Positions 48,473-58,700 of a DNA stretch of 64,000 nt are shown one piece after another. The notes below the pieces were generated by a model, which saw only the letters and a list, made by a program, of their open reading frames with translations, did no database searches and was not told the origin of the DNA. The number at the start of each line of letters is the position of its first letter. Positions within the stretch are counted from its first letter, which is position 1. The position numbers and the translations under genes were made by a program. The DNA is from Candidatus Multivoradales bacterium (GTDB lineage Bacteria > Acidobacteriota > Thermoanaerobaculia > Multivoradales > J023): positions 704,001 through 768,000 of the forward strand of contig CBDFLE010000005.1 in the NCBI GenBank assembly GCA_965248925.1, given 5' to 3'.

Positions 48473-49753
48473 ATGCGCCGTAGACTCAATGCCGTTGTAA
48501 TCCTGTTCGTTCTTGTCTGCATTTCTACTTCCGCTCGCACTGAGGAATTCGTGCTTCTCGCTGCGCCTGGAAGCGAAGACATTGATCGGTACATTGCGCG
48601 AGCTTGCCCAGATTGTCGCACGATCCGATCGTCTTTGGTTTGCGACCGAAAGGAACTACGCACAGTGAGTGTTACGGCCCAAGATAGCGGCAGGCTACTG
48701 TCCGATGATGGCAGGGGCCTGCTGGTCGCAATAAATTCATCGTTTCGGGCCGCGACCTCTGAGTCGTTTCCCAAGGATGAGTTGATTTCTAACTTCCAGT
48801 GGGGAGCCTGTAAGGTCGGCGCGAATTCAATATGGCTCAATCCTTTGGAGGGAACGCCGGCGACAATCGCTATTCTTGATTCTGGAATCAACAACGATCA
48901 TTCTGATATCTCAGTTAGTAGCGCCTACAACTGCCTCGACAGGGGCAGTTGCGTCGAGGAGGATGTCGCTAAGGGAATCGAGGATCGCCTGGGTCATGGC
49001 ACTTTCATCGCAGGCATTATCGCGGCAGAACACAACTCCGGCCCCGGCTCTGGCATTGCCGGAATTGATCCAGGTGTCGAACTAGTCTCGGTCAGAGTTA
49101 TCGGCGATACTGGTATCGGAAGCCTTGACGACATTGTCGCAGGGTTGTGTCTGGTAGCAGACAACGAACTCGCCAGTATTGTCTCAGCAGCCTGGTACAC
49201 CAAGGATGCTGACGCCGAGGACGTACTGGCGAAAGTCTTGAGCTATCTAGAATTGAAGAACATCCTGGTCGTCGCCGCTGCCGGGCCACAAGACGTCTCG
49301 ATTGACTATGATAAGCGTTTCCCAGCTTCACAAGCAGGCTCGTTTGACAACGTTCTGGTCGCCGGCGCGACCACATTTACAGATAGCAGGATTGAGAAGA
49401 CCGCCTACTCAGACTCCACCTTGATCTTGGGTGCACCTGGTAGGGCAACTTCCACCAGGGCTGGCACGTCTACTGGGCTGGTCACGGGTAAGGGTACCTC
49501 TGTGTCGGTGGCTTACGTTACCGCTGCAGCTGCCGTCACGAAACGCTTCTTGTGTCCTTGGCGCACATCTTGCGGCAAGGCAGTCAAGAATCGACTAGTG
49601 GCCTGCGCCGACCAAGTCACCGGCCTCAATTTCGCGCCAAAAGGGCTGCGTCTAAACTTAGCACGGAGCGTTAATCTTGCTAACAACTGCATGAGCATTA
49701 CTAAGATTGCAATGGGCAGCGGTGCGGCGCCCGAAAAGTGTAGGTGCCCGTAG
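48473..49753 (+). CDS. Secreted S8 subtilase, Cys-rich
   Basis: Signal peptide; 'ILDSGI', 'GHGTFIAGII', 'GTS'. Confidence 0.88.
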   Translation: MRRRLNAVVILFVLVCISTSARTEEFVLLAAPGSEDIDRYIARACPDCRTIRSSLVCDRKELRTVSVTAQDSGRLLSDDGRGLLVAINSSFRAATSESFPKDELISNFQWGACKVGANSIWLNPLEGTPATIAILDSGINNDHSDISVSSAYNCLDRGSCVEEDVAKGIEDRLGHGTFIAGIIAAEHNSGPGSGIAGIDPGVELVSVRVIGDTGIGSLDDIVAGLCLVADNELASIVSAAWYTKDADAEDVLAKVLSYLELKNILVVAAAGPQDVSIDYDKRFPASQAGSFDNVLVAGATTFTDSRIEKTAYSDSTLILGAPGRATSTRAGTSTGLVTGKGTSVSVAYVTAAAAVTKRFLCPWRTSCGKAVKNRLVACADQVTGLNFAPKGLRLNLARSVNLANNCMSITKIAMGSGAAPEKCRCP

Positions 49754-49785
49754 CGGCTGCAAGCATCTAGTGAAGTGGTATTCGG

Positions 49786-51141
49786 CTATTCATCGACCAG
49801 CCCAGCCAACTTCCGCTGCGGATTCACCGCTCCCAGCGCCGCCGCCGCCAGCACCAGCGAGATCCCCAGCCCACCCCAAAAGGCAGCGTCGTAGGTGCCC
49901 GTGTAGCGCTGCGAAAGGCTCATCAAGAAGGGCCCGAAGGCACTGCCGATGACTACCGCCGACATCGCCAATCCGCTAACCGCGCCTAGATGTAGGCGAC
50001 CAAAGAAGCGCGGCCAGACCACTCCCATCAAAGCCTGAAAGGCGCCGCCCGAGAATCCCAGCCCGACGACGATCAACACCTTGCCCGGAATGCTGGGCAG
50101 TAGCAGTAGGCCGCCACAGCAGACCGCCGAGGCAAGCCCCAGCAAGCACAGTGGCCAGCGCAGCTGGGTGCGGTCGCTCCACCAACCGACCAAGAAATTC
50201 GAGGGAATCGATACCAGGCTTACAGGGATGAACAGGGCCAGAATGGCGTTGCGGCTCATGCCGACCTGCTCGCCCAAGGAAACGATGTGGAAGGTGTAGC
50301 CGGTGGCGAACAGACCCACCCAAGCGAAGGAGAGCGCGAAGGCCCAGAAGGTGAAAGTGCGGGACGCTTCGCGCCGATTGAGCTCTTGGTGCAGCAGCTG
50401 GTCGGGATGCCGGGGCCGGGCGTTTGCGGGCAGCACGCCCCCGTCCATCTCCAAGCCGCACTCCTCGGGGTTGTCGCGGAAGAATGCCCAAGCGAGCAGG
50501 CTGAAGCCACCCGCCAAGAGCGCCGCTTGCAGGCGCCAGGCACCGCGCCAGCCCCAGCTGTCGATCATCCAGGCCAATACTCGTGGCGACAAAGAGAAAC
50601 TGAACGACACTGCGATGCCGGTGATCGAGATCACCAAACCGCGCCGCCGGTCCCACCACTTACCGATCATCGCCCGCGAGGTCACCGTCAACATGCCCTG
50701 GCCAAAGAAGCGCAGGGCAAAAAATAGCAGGCAAATCACTGTGAAAGAGAGGGACGCGGTGGCCACTCCCAGGCCGCTGGCGAGCAAACTAGCCAAATGG
50801 TCGGCCGAACTCGCCGCCAGTAACACCGCGGCCAAGGCCAGGCTGCTGGCGACTGCCATGCGGCGGGCTCCCAGGCGGTCGAGCAAGCGACCGCCCAACG
50901 GCAGGAGCAGGCCACTCGATACGGTGCCGATCAGATAGGCGGTACTCAGCTGTACCCGGCTCAGCCCCAAGTTGGAGATCAGGTAGTCGGTGAAGACACT
51001 CACCCCAACCGTCTGACCGGGAATACTGGCGGCTATCCCGAGGGTGCCCGCCAGCGCCGCTACCCAGCCATAGAAGAAAGGCCAGCGGGCCGGTGCAAAT
51101 GGGAAGTCAGGGCGCCAAAAGGTGGAGGGAGGATTTCGCAT
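49786..51141 (-). CDS. MFS transporter
   Basis: 'GRLLDRLGAR', 'WWDRRRG', 'FFGRLHLGAV'; about 12 hydrophobic segments. Confidence 0.92.
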   Translation of the reverse strand: MRNPPSTFWRPDFPFAPARWPFFYGWVAALAGTLGIAASIPGQTVGVSVFTDYLISNLGLSRVQLSTAYLIGTVSSGLLLPLGGRLLDRLGARRMAVASSLALAAVLLAASSADHLASLLASGLGVATASLSFTVICLLFFALRFFGQGMLTVTSRAMIGKWWDRRRGLVISITGIAVSFSFSLSPRVLAWMIDSWGWRGAWRLQAALLAGGFSLLAWAFFRDNPEECGLEMDGGVLPANARPRHPDQLLHQELNRREASRTFTFWAFALSFAWVGLFATGYTFHIVSLGEQVGMSRNAILALFIPVSLVSIPSNFLVGWWSDRTQLRWPLCLLGLASAVCCGGLLLLPSIPGKVLIVVGLGFSGGAFQALMGVVWPRFFGRLHLGAVSGLAMSAVVIGSAFGPFLMSLSQRYTGTYDAAFWGGLGISLVLAAAALGAVNPQRKLAGLVDE

Positions 51142-51279
51142 TGCGAACGCTCTCTCTCGGATCTTGGACTCGGACCCTGGATCGAAGAGAGCGCCGACTA
51201 TACCTAGTTTCGTGCCTGGGAGTCTGAAGTCCTCCGCGTTGCACCGTCGTCTGGCCAGGTGGGTAGGGCAGTAGGATAC

Positions 51280-52506
51280 TCAGCCCTGAGGATGCCGCCG
51301 CTGGTAGGTCAGACGCAGGCCGGGGATCCAAGTCTCGCCGCCGTCCGTCGAAGACTCGTGTTCGCAGACAATCTGCTGCTGATCCATTCGCTGGCAGGAT
51401 CGCCGAGCGTGTCGCAGCTGACCGCCAACTTCGGCTGCAGTGCCGCTTTGGAGGTTGTCGAGGCGCAAATAAGGGCCTTGGTGATTGCCCTCAAAGAGTT
51501 CGCTGCGCAAGGTTGAGTCGTTGACCTCGGTGAGCTGATAGCGCTGGCGGAAGCGATCGTAGGTCAGGGTGCGGTACAGCTCGGCCGGCGCCCCGTCGGC
51601 ACCGGAATAGCGCAGGACTTCCCGCACCAAGCCACCACCGGCAGCCAATGTGAATGTGGCTTCGCCGCTGCTCTCGACCCATGTTTCTCGCGGCGCTATC
51701 CAAGACTCGACTTTGACCTGCCATTCACCCTCCAGGGCCTCACCCATGACGCCCATCTGGCCGGGTAGGGGTTTGGCGAAAATGGCCGAGTCTACTTGCT
51801 GCAAGATCTCCACCCGGTCGATTTCCATCACCCTATGGCGAGTGCCGAATTCACTCTCGATCAAATGCGGCAGCACCAGTCCCTGGACGCTGCGAAAATC
51901 GTCGAAGAAAGTGCGCTGCCGTGCCGGCCGGCCGAAATCCGCAGCCGCGGAGTCGCGAGCCACCTCGAGATAGGTGTCGGGGTCGAGATACCAAGTCTCC
52001 TCTTCGCCAGTGGCCCGTTCTAGGTCTAATTGCAACAACCACTGGCCATCGATCTCCGTTCGGCCCGCGAAGCTCAGCTGATGACCCTTGGCGGCATAGT
52101 CCATCAATGGGGTCGACAGCTCGGCGTCTTGCCACAGCACCGCCCGGTCGGCGGCGGCCAGGGGGATCGGCCAGTCGATGTCGTACCAAAGGTTGATCCA
52201 CCAAGCGAGTTCGCCGTCATAACCGATCACCACTCGCTTTGATCCTACGGTGTGGTCGAGGTGGTAGCGACCGTCGCGCATTTGATGGCGGACGAACTCA
52301 TGGCGCTGGCTGAAGCCGGTGAAGAAGCCGCTGCTGCGCAGGCCGGCGACTTGGCGCCAACTCTCCAAGCCGCCGCGAGCGGCAGCGTGTCGGGCAACCA
52401 CCTGGTCAACAGTGAGCGCAGCGTCCGCGGTCGTTTCGGCGGCAATACCACGAGCAGCCGGTAGCAGAAGAATAAGGGCGGCGAGAAGGGAGTAGAGTCG
52501 GTGCAT
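51280..52506 (-). CDS. Secreted protein (LolA-like N-domain, DUF1579-like C-domain)
   Basis: AAGGAG RBS; signal peptide; 'AARGGLESW', 'YLDPDTYL', 'STDGGETW'. Confidence 0.7.
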   Translation of the reverse strand: MHRLYSLLAALILLLPAARGIAAETTADAALTVDQVVARHAAARGGLESWRQVAGLRSSGFFTGFSQRHEFVRHQMRDGRYHLDHTVGSKRVVIGYDGELAWWINLWYDIDWPIPLAAADRAVLWQDAELSTPLMDYAAKGHQLSFAGRTEIDGQWLLQLDLERATGEEETWYLDPDTYLEVARDSAAADFGRPARQRTFFDDFRSVQGLVLPHLIESEFGTRHRVMEIDRVEILQQVDSAIFAKPLPGQMGVMGEALEGEWQVKVESWIAPRETWVESSGEATFTLAAGGGLVREVLRYSGADGAPAELYRTLTYDRFRQRYQLTEVNDSTLRSELFEGNHQGPYLRLDNLQSGTAAEVGGQLRHARRSCQRMDQQQIVCEHESSTDGGETWIPGLRLTYQRRHPQG

Positions 52507-52520
52507 CGTTCATATCTCCT

Positions 52521-53789
52521 TCAGCTGCCCAGCTCGTAGGCGACCATCTCTTGCCCGCTACGCAAGTAAAGGCGGCCCGCGGCCAGGGTCGGCGCGGTCC
52601 ATGCCTTGCCTTCCAATGCCTGCACCCGTCCTAGCTCGCGATAGTCCTCGCTGGTGGTATCGACCACCACCAGAAGGCCGCGATCGCTGAGCACGAACAA
52701 GCGCCCTTCACTGACTATCAGCGAACCCTTGCCAAACCCACGTTTAGCCCACTTCTGTTCGCCGTCGCTGGAGCGGATGCATTTCAGGGTGGCGTTGTCG
52801 AAGCCGTAGATCAGACCACCGTGGGTGACCGAGGAGCTGAAATGGTTCTTCATCACCCGGCTGGCCCAGCGAGACTCGACCACCATACCCGCATCCGTCT
52901 GCCGTAGGCTAAGCAGCACCGCCCCCACATCGCCGGAAGCGGAGAGGAAAAGCCCGTCGGGGGGAACCGCCAGGGGCATCGAGATCGCGCCGCCTTTTTC
53001 CGTCCATGGATGTTCCCAGACTATTTTGCCAACTGTTGGATCGACGGCCACGACCCGGTTGCCACGCGCCAGCACTACCAAATCCTTGCTGCCCTGCCGC
53101 AGGATGATAGGTGAGTTGTAGCTGGCGCCACCGTCGAGCAGAGTGTGTAGCTCTTTGCCCGTCGCTCTGTCGAAGATGCCCAAGGCGAGGTTGTCACCAC
53201 CACCAATTTGCACCACCAGGCGATCACCGATCACCAGTGGCGAGCTGGAGAAACCCCAGAGGGGCACTTCCGCGGCGTAGGCTTGGCGCAGATCCACTTG
53301 CCACAGAACTTCGCCGTCAGCACTGGCGAGGGCGGCCAAGTTGCCATAAGAACCGAGCACAAACACCCGCTGACCGTCGACGGTGGGAGTAGAGCGCGGA
53401 CCGTCGCCAAATTCGTCGACGAAGACTTCGCCCAGCTGCCGCCGCCAGATCTCATTGCCGGAGGAACTATCGATGGCAACCGCAAATTCGTAACGCGCGT
53501 CCTCTTGGCCGTCGCTGATCAAGGTGTAAAGCTGGTTGCCGACCACCGAGAGGCCGGAGAAGCCCGCCCCCAGAGGTCGCCGCCAAAGCTCACGCGGACC
53601 ATTCTCCGGCCAACTCGGCAGCAAACCTCGTTCGCTGGAGAGACCGTTGCGCTCGGGGCCGCGAAACTGCGGCCAATCGGTGCTGGACCGGGCGTTCTCC
53701 AGATCAACCTCGGCAGCCGCCAAAATCGGCGAACACAGCAGCAGGAACAACAGGGCAACGACCGTAAAGCCGCGGGATCGAACAGGCAT
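52521..53789 (-). CDS. PQQ-binding-like beta-propeller protein
   Basis: GGAGG RBS before ATG 53789; signal peptide; 'DWPQFRGP', 'GPRSTP', 'WTAPTLA'. Confidence 0.92.
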   Translation of the reverse strand: MPVRSRGFTVVALLFLLLCSPILAAAEVDLENARSSTDWPQFRGPERNGLSSERGLLPSWPENGPRELWRRPLGAGFSGLSVVGNQLYTLISDGQEDARYEFAVAIDSSSGNEIWRRQLGEVFVDEFGDGPRSTPTVDGQRVFVLGSYGNLAALASADGEVLWQVDLRQAYAAEVPLWGFSSSPLVIGDRLVVQIGGGDNLALGIFDRATGKELHTLLDGGASYNSPIILRQGSKDLVVLARGNRVVAVDPTVGKIVWEHPWTEKGGAISMPLAVPPDGLFLSASGDVGAVLLSLRQTDAGMVVESRWASRVMKNHFSSSVTHGGLIYGFDNATLKCIRSSDGEQKWAKRGFGKGSLIVSEGRLFVLSDRGLLVVVDTTSEDYRELGRVQALEGKAWTAPTLAAGRLYLRSGQEMVAYELGS

Positions 53790-54058
53790 GGCTACCTCCA
53801 TGGAGTTCAGTAGAGCGAGGCGGGATGAAGAAGTCTTGTTAGCACTGTCTACGCAACGCACGGCTGGGAGTTCGCCAGCGGCAGGATTTCGCGGATCTGT
53901 GGGGGTAAAGGGATCCAGGGTTGACTCCTTTAGTAAATGTGCAGGCTGACGCCGTCTGTCAAGAACTTTGGTTTTGTCGCAGATTGTCCGATGCCCCATC
54001 TTATTTTCCGGGCCGGCCGTGTGGGTTGGCCCGGATCCCCTTTTCGTCTCCCTCCATT

Positions 54059-54397
54059 TCAATCCCGTCGCTGCGGCTTGCGAAGCCGCCCGAAGAGGGT
54101 CCCCAGCCCATCTTCGACCAACTCGGCACCGGTGCGTACAGCGGTGCGGGTGGTATCGCGGATCACTTCGCTCGAGGGTAGAGCGGCCACTGCCTTGACC
54201 ACCCCGGCGCGGACTCCCTCCTCGACTCCTAGGCGGACCCGGCCCTCGATCTCGTCGCCATAGTGTTCGCCCATCTCCTGCAGACGCTGTTCGAGGCGCG
54301 GGCGGAAGCGCTTTTCGAACAACCACCAAGCCAGCAGCAAGGTCAGCAGGCTGGACAGCATCGCGGTCAGCAGAATCTCAATCAGTGCTAGCAACAT
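54059..54397 (-). CDS. Hypothetical membrane-anchored protein
   Basis: N-terminal TM segment followed by a helical region; operonic with the DUF445 gene. Confidence 0.65.
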   Translation of the reverse strand: MLLALIEILLTAMLSSLLTLLLAWWLFEKRFRPRLEQRLQEMGEHYGDEIEGRVRLGVEEGVRAGVVKAVAALPSSEVIRDTTRTAVRTGAELVEDGLGTLFGRLRKPQRRD

Positions 54398-54414
54398 CTC
54401 TTCAGGCCCTCGTC

Positions 54415-55638
54415 TCAGCCGCCACCAAAAACAAGGAAGAGCTGGGCGAAACCCGCCGCACAGCCCAGCACCGCACCCACCAGAATGAGCTTTAACTCCT
54501 CTTCCTGAAAACAAGGCCGCAGCAGATCTTGGAATTCCTCGGTGGGCAGCTCAACCATGCGGGCGCGCAAGATCTCTTCGATCACCGCCGCCCGCTGGTG
54601 ATTGAAGTTCCAATCGTCGAACGGCAGCTCGGAAACTGCCACCGCCTTGTCGCCCACCGCAAGTCGTAACTCCTGCAGGGCTTGGCTGCCCAGCATCAAG
54701 TGGGCCACGGTTTGCAGCTCGGGCAGAGCGCGGTCGACCACCGGTTCGATGCCTTGGCGAATCAGCACTGCGGTGCGCGCGGCGTGAGGGCCGTTGAGCA
54801 TCGCGTCGACCAGGCTGCGCAGGGTCAAGATTTCTCGGGTCACAATGCGGCACCACACTTTGGCCACTTGCGGCTGCCGCTTGAGAAACAAGCCTTGCAG
54901 GCTGAATGGTCCCAGTCGCACCGGATGAAGCGGTCTGAAGATCACATTGATGGCGATCCAGTTGGTCGCCCAACCCACCAACAAGCCAAAGAAGGGCAAG
55001 ATCCACCACTCCGGGTAGAGCACCCAAACCGCCAGTTGCACCAGGCCAAAGAGCAGGCCGAAGTAGAAGCCCGAGCGGATGATGAAGGCGAACTCTCGCT
55101 CGCCGCATTCCAAGAACAAACGGTTGAGAAGCGCCTTATCTTTGTCCAGCCGTTCGACCAGCATGCGCTTAAAGTCGATCAGCTCGTCGATCTGCTCGCC
55201 CACCTCATCGACCAGTCGATCAATCAACGGTGGCATCACCCGCCGCACCTCGGCATAGACCGCTCGCTTGGCCAACTCTGGCAGCTTGCCCCACAGCAGT
55301 GGGTGGTGGCGTTGCAGAATCTCATCAGTGTAGCCATCCAGGCGGGGCAGCAGGGCCTGCTTGACCTGGGCGGCGATCTTTTCCGGCTCGAGGTTCTGGT
55401 AGACCTCCGGCAGCTCGCCGAGGCGTGACATGGTCGAATCGTGGAAGGTGGCCGCCATCTTTGCCGCCTTCGAAGGAATGATCCCTTGCCAACCGAGCAG
55501 CGGCCGCAGGCCGATGAAATCGAGCGGCCAGAAGGTCAGCTTGATCGCCACCCAATTGGTGCCCCAACCCACGACACCCGCCACCAGCGGGATCGAGGCG
55601 TACTTCCACAGCTGTGGATCGAGCAGAGTTTCCAGCAT
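54415..55638 (-). CDS. DUF445-family membrane protein
   Basis: 'GWGTNWVAIK…WQGIIP', repeated 'GWATNWIAI', 'EEELKLILVGAVLG'. Confidence 0.88.
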   Translation of the reverse strand: MLETLLDPQLWKYASIPLVAGVVGWGTNWVAIKLTFWPLDFIGLRPLLGWQGIIPSKAAKMAATFHDSTMSRLGELPEVYQNLEPEKIAAQVKQALLPRLDGYTDEILQRHHPLLWGKLPELAKRAVYAEVRRVMPPLIDRLVDEVGEQIDELIDFKRMLVERLDKDKALLNRLFLECGEREFAFIIRSGFYFGLLFGLVQLAVWVLYPEWWILPFFGLLVGWATNWIAINVIFRPLHPVRLGPFSLQGLFLKRQPQVAKVWCRIVTREILTLRSLVDAMLNGPHAARTAVLIRQGIEPVVDRALPELQTVAHLMLGSQALQELRLAVGDKAVAVSELPFDDWNFNHQRAAVIEEILRARMVELPTEEFQDLLRPCFQEEELKLILVGAVLGCAAGFAQLFLVFGGG

Positions 55639-55784
55639 TGGTGGCAGATTGTGGCGCCTCAGCCGCTATCGCGCAAGCACCGTGGAGCGCGATCGGATAA
55701 CCTGTTAGAGAAAATCACCCTTTAGGTTACCCAGCTGCCCCAGATCAGCGTCGAGGTGCTTATTGACGATGGAGGAAGAGGAGT

Positions 55785-58700
55785 ATGAGTGACACTAAGA
55801 TCAGCGGATCAGGTGATCTTTTGGTCAAGCTGCGGCCTTCCAGCCGGCTCGGCGCGGCCGGTCGCCGCCTCGACCTCGAACCGCTGCACGATTCGCCCGT
55901 GGTCGCCCCTGGTGCGTTCGGCTTCGACGCCGCGCCGCAGTGGTTTCTGCTGCGGCGCTCCGAGGAGGCGGCATCGCCGTGGGATCAGGCCCATGCTCGA
56001 GTGGCCGCGCAACTAGGAATCGACGAGTCCGATGTGCTTTTCGCCGAGCCCGACCTCTATCATGCGGTCTATCCTGAATCTGATGCGGCTCCGGTAGGCG
56101 GAGCACTGGAGGCGGTCGGTGCCGATTGTGTGGCCCAAGCTCAAGACGGTAGGAGGGGTAAGGCTGCCAGGGCCGGCGAGTTTGCTTGGCACCTGGAGCG
56201 CGGATTCTCCCAGCTCGGCAAGGCCCGCGAGGCGGTCCACTTCGACACGCCGCGGACCCGCATCGGCCATCTCGACACCGGCTACTATCCCGCCCATGAG
56301 ACCCGCCCCGCCAACATCTTGCAGCATCTGGAAAGAAACTTCGTCGCTAAGGACGGCAATCTCTCCAACGCCGCCGATCCTGACAACAATCTGCTGTTAC
56401 TCGACAACTCAGGACACGGTACAGGCACCCTCGGAATCTTGGCCGGAGGGCCGGTCTCGGCCCATGGCGGCGAGATTCTCGGTGGTGCTCCTGAAGCGGA
56501 TATCGTTCCTATCCGCATCGCCGACAGCGTGGTCCTGCTGCGCACTAGTGCCTTGGCTCGCGCGGTGCGTTATGCCGCCGATGCCGGCTGTGCGGTGGCC
56601 ACTCTCAGTATGGGCGGGGTGCCCACCCGTGCTTGGGGCGAGGCGGTGGACGCGGCTTATGAGGCGGGCCTCTGTCTGTGCGCCGCCGCCGGCAATCATG
56701 TCGGGTTTGCGCCACCGCGCAAGCTGATCTATCCAGCCCGTTACCCGCGGGTGATCGCGGTCTGTGGGGTGATGGCCAACGGCAAGCCCTACGCCAAGCT
56801 CAAAGGCACCGCGATGGAGGGCAGCCACGGTCCAAAATCAGCCATGGCCTATGCTCTCGCCGCCTATACACCGAATATTCCCTGGGCCAAGTTTGGCTGC
56901 CCCGATGTGGTGCGGTTGAACGGCGAGGGGACTTCTAGCGCCACGCCGCAGGTGGCGGCGGCGGCGGCGCTGTGGATCGAGAAGTACAAACACCAACTGC
57001 CCGGCGATTGGCGCCGGGTCGAAGCGGTTCGCTTCGCCCTCTTCTCGTCGGCCAAGCACCCTTCGAATCTCAAGTACTTCGGTCGCGGGATAGTGCAAGC
57101 GGCGAAGGCGCTGGCGGTCAAGCCACGGCTGCACCTGGAGCGCAGCGGCCGCTCGGACAGCTCCTTTGCCTTCTTGCGGGTGGTGACTGGCCTGGGTATT
57201 GATCAGCCGACTTCGCGCGAGGAGATGTTCAACATCGAACTCGCCCAGCGCTGGCTGATGAACGACGACTTGCAGAAACTGGTACCGGACCCTGAAGCCG
57301 CCGGCGAATTGTCGGCACGGGAGCTGAAATCATTCATGGAGGCAGTGATCGAAGACCCTGACGCTTCCCATGCCTTGCGCCGCCATGTCCTCAGTCGTTA
57401 TCCGGTGGCGATCGGCCGGCCGGCGCCGAAAGCAGCGAGGATCAACCTCGAGCCCGAGCTACCGCCGGTGGGAATCGGCACCCCCAAGGTGCCAGCTCCT
57501 GCGCACCGGCGGCTGCGGGTCTACGCCCTGGATCCCAGCCTCTCGAAGCGTCTCGACACTGTCGACGTTAACGAGGTGACCCTGCGCGTGCGCTGGGAAG
57601 AACTCCGCCGCGGCCCGACTGGCGAGTACCTGCAAGTCAAGGACAAGGGGCCGCACAACTACCCTGGAGTCAATCTCAACGACCGCAGCCTGCTGGCTCA
57701 GGACGGCTGGGCGCCCTCCGAGGGCAATCCCCAGTTCCATCAGCAAATGGTCTATGCCGTGGCGATGAAGACCATCGAGCACTTCGAACGCGCCCTCGGC
57801 CGGCCAGTGCTGTGGCGGCCACGACCGAATCTCGAGAATGCCCACGACGACAGCGAATTCCTCCGTCGTTTGCAGATTCGGCCGCACGCCCTGCAGCAGG
57901 CCAATGCCTACTACAGCCCGCAGGAAGTGGCGCTGCTTTTCGGCTATTTCAAGGCCAAACGAGATAGTGGCTATTTGCCTGGCAGCCCGGTCTACACCTG
58001 CCTTTCCCACGATGTCATCGCCCACGAAACCACCCACGCCATTCTCGATGGCATGTACCGGCGTTTCAATGAGCCCACCAATGTCGATGTCTTGGCTTTT
58101 CATGAGGCCTTTGCCGACATCGTCTCTCTGCTGCAACACTTCACCATGCCCGAGCTACTAGCGCACGAGATTTCCCAAACCCGGGGCGATCTGGAAGCCG
58201 AATCAGTACTCGGTAAACTGGCGGTGCAGTTGGGCCGGGGAGCGGGCGGGCGCGGCGCCTTGCGCAATGCCATCGGTCGGGTCGAGCAGGGTGTGTGGCA
58301 CCGATTCGAGGCCGACCCCGAAGATCTGGCACAACGCCAGACGCCGCACGCCCGCGGCGCCGTGCTGGTGGCCGCCGTCTTCGATGCTTTGATCGCCATC
58401 TACAAGCAGCGCACCGCCGACCTGCTGCGCATCTCCACCGGCGGCACTGGGCTCTTGTCCGGTGGCGCCATTCATCCCGACTTGGTGCGCCGCTTGGCGG
58501 CGGAGGCCGCCAAGTCCGCCAGCCACGTCTTGGCGATGTGCATCCGTGCCCTCGACTACCTGCCACCGGTCGATGTCACCTTCTTTGACTTCCTCCGGGC
58601 GCTGATCACCGCTGATTTCGAGATGGTGGCCGATGATCGCCATAACTATAGGGTAGCTTTTGTCGAGGCTTTCAGCCGCCGGGCGATTTTCCCAGGCGAT

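Noticed and set aside
53800-54050. Long intergenic region as a possible riboswitch or sRNA
   Set aside because: No recognisable aptamer consensus; only a TTGACA with a weak -10.
53790-54329. N-terminal extension of the 602-aa ORF 52521-54329
   Set aside because: Overlaps another gene; the RBS and signal peptide indicate a start at 53789.
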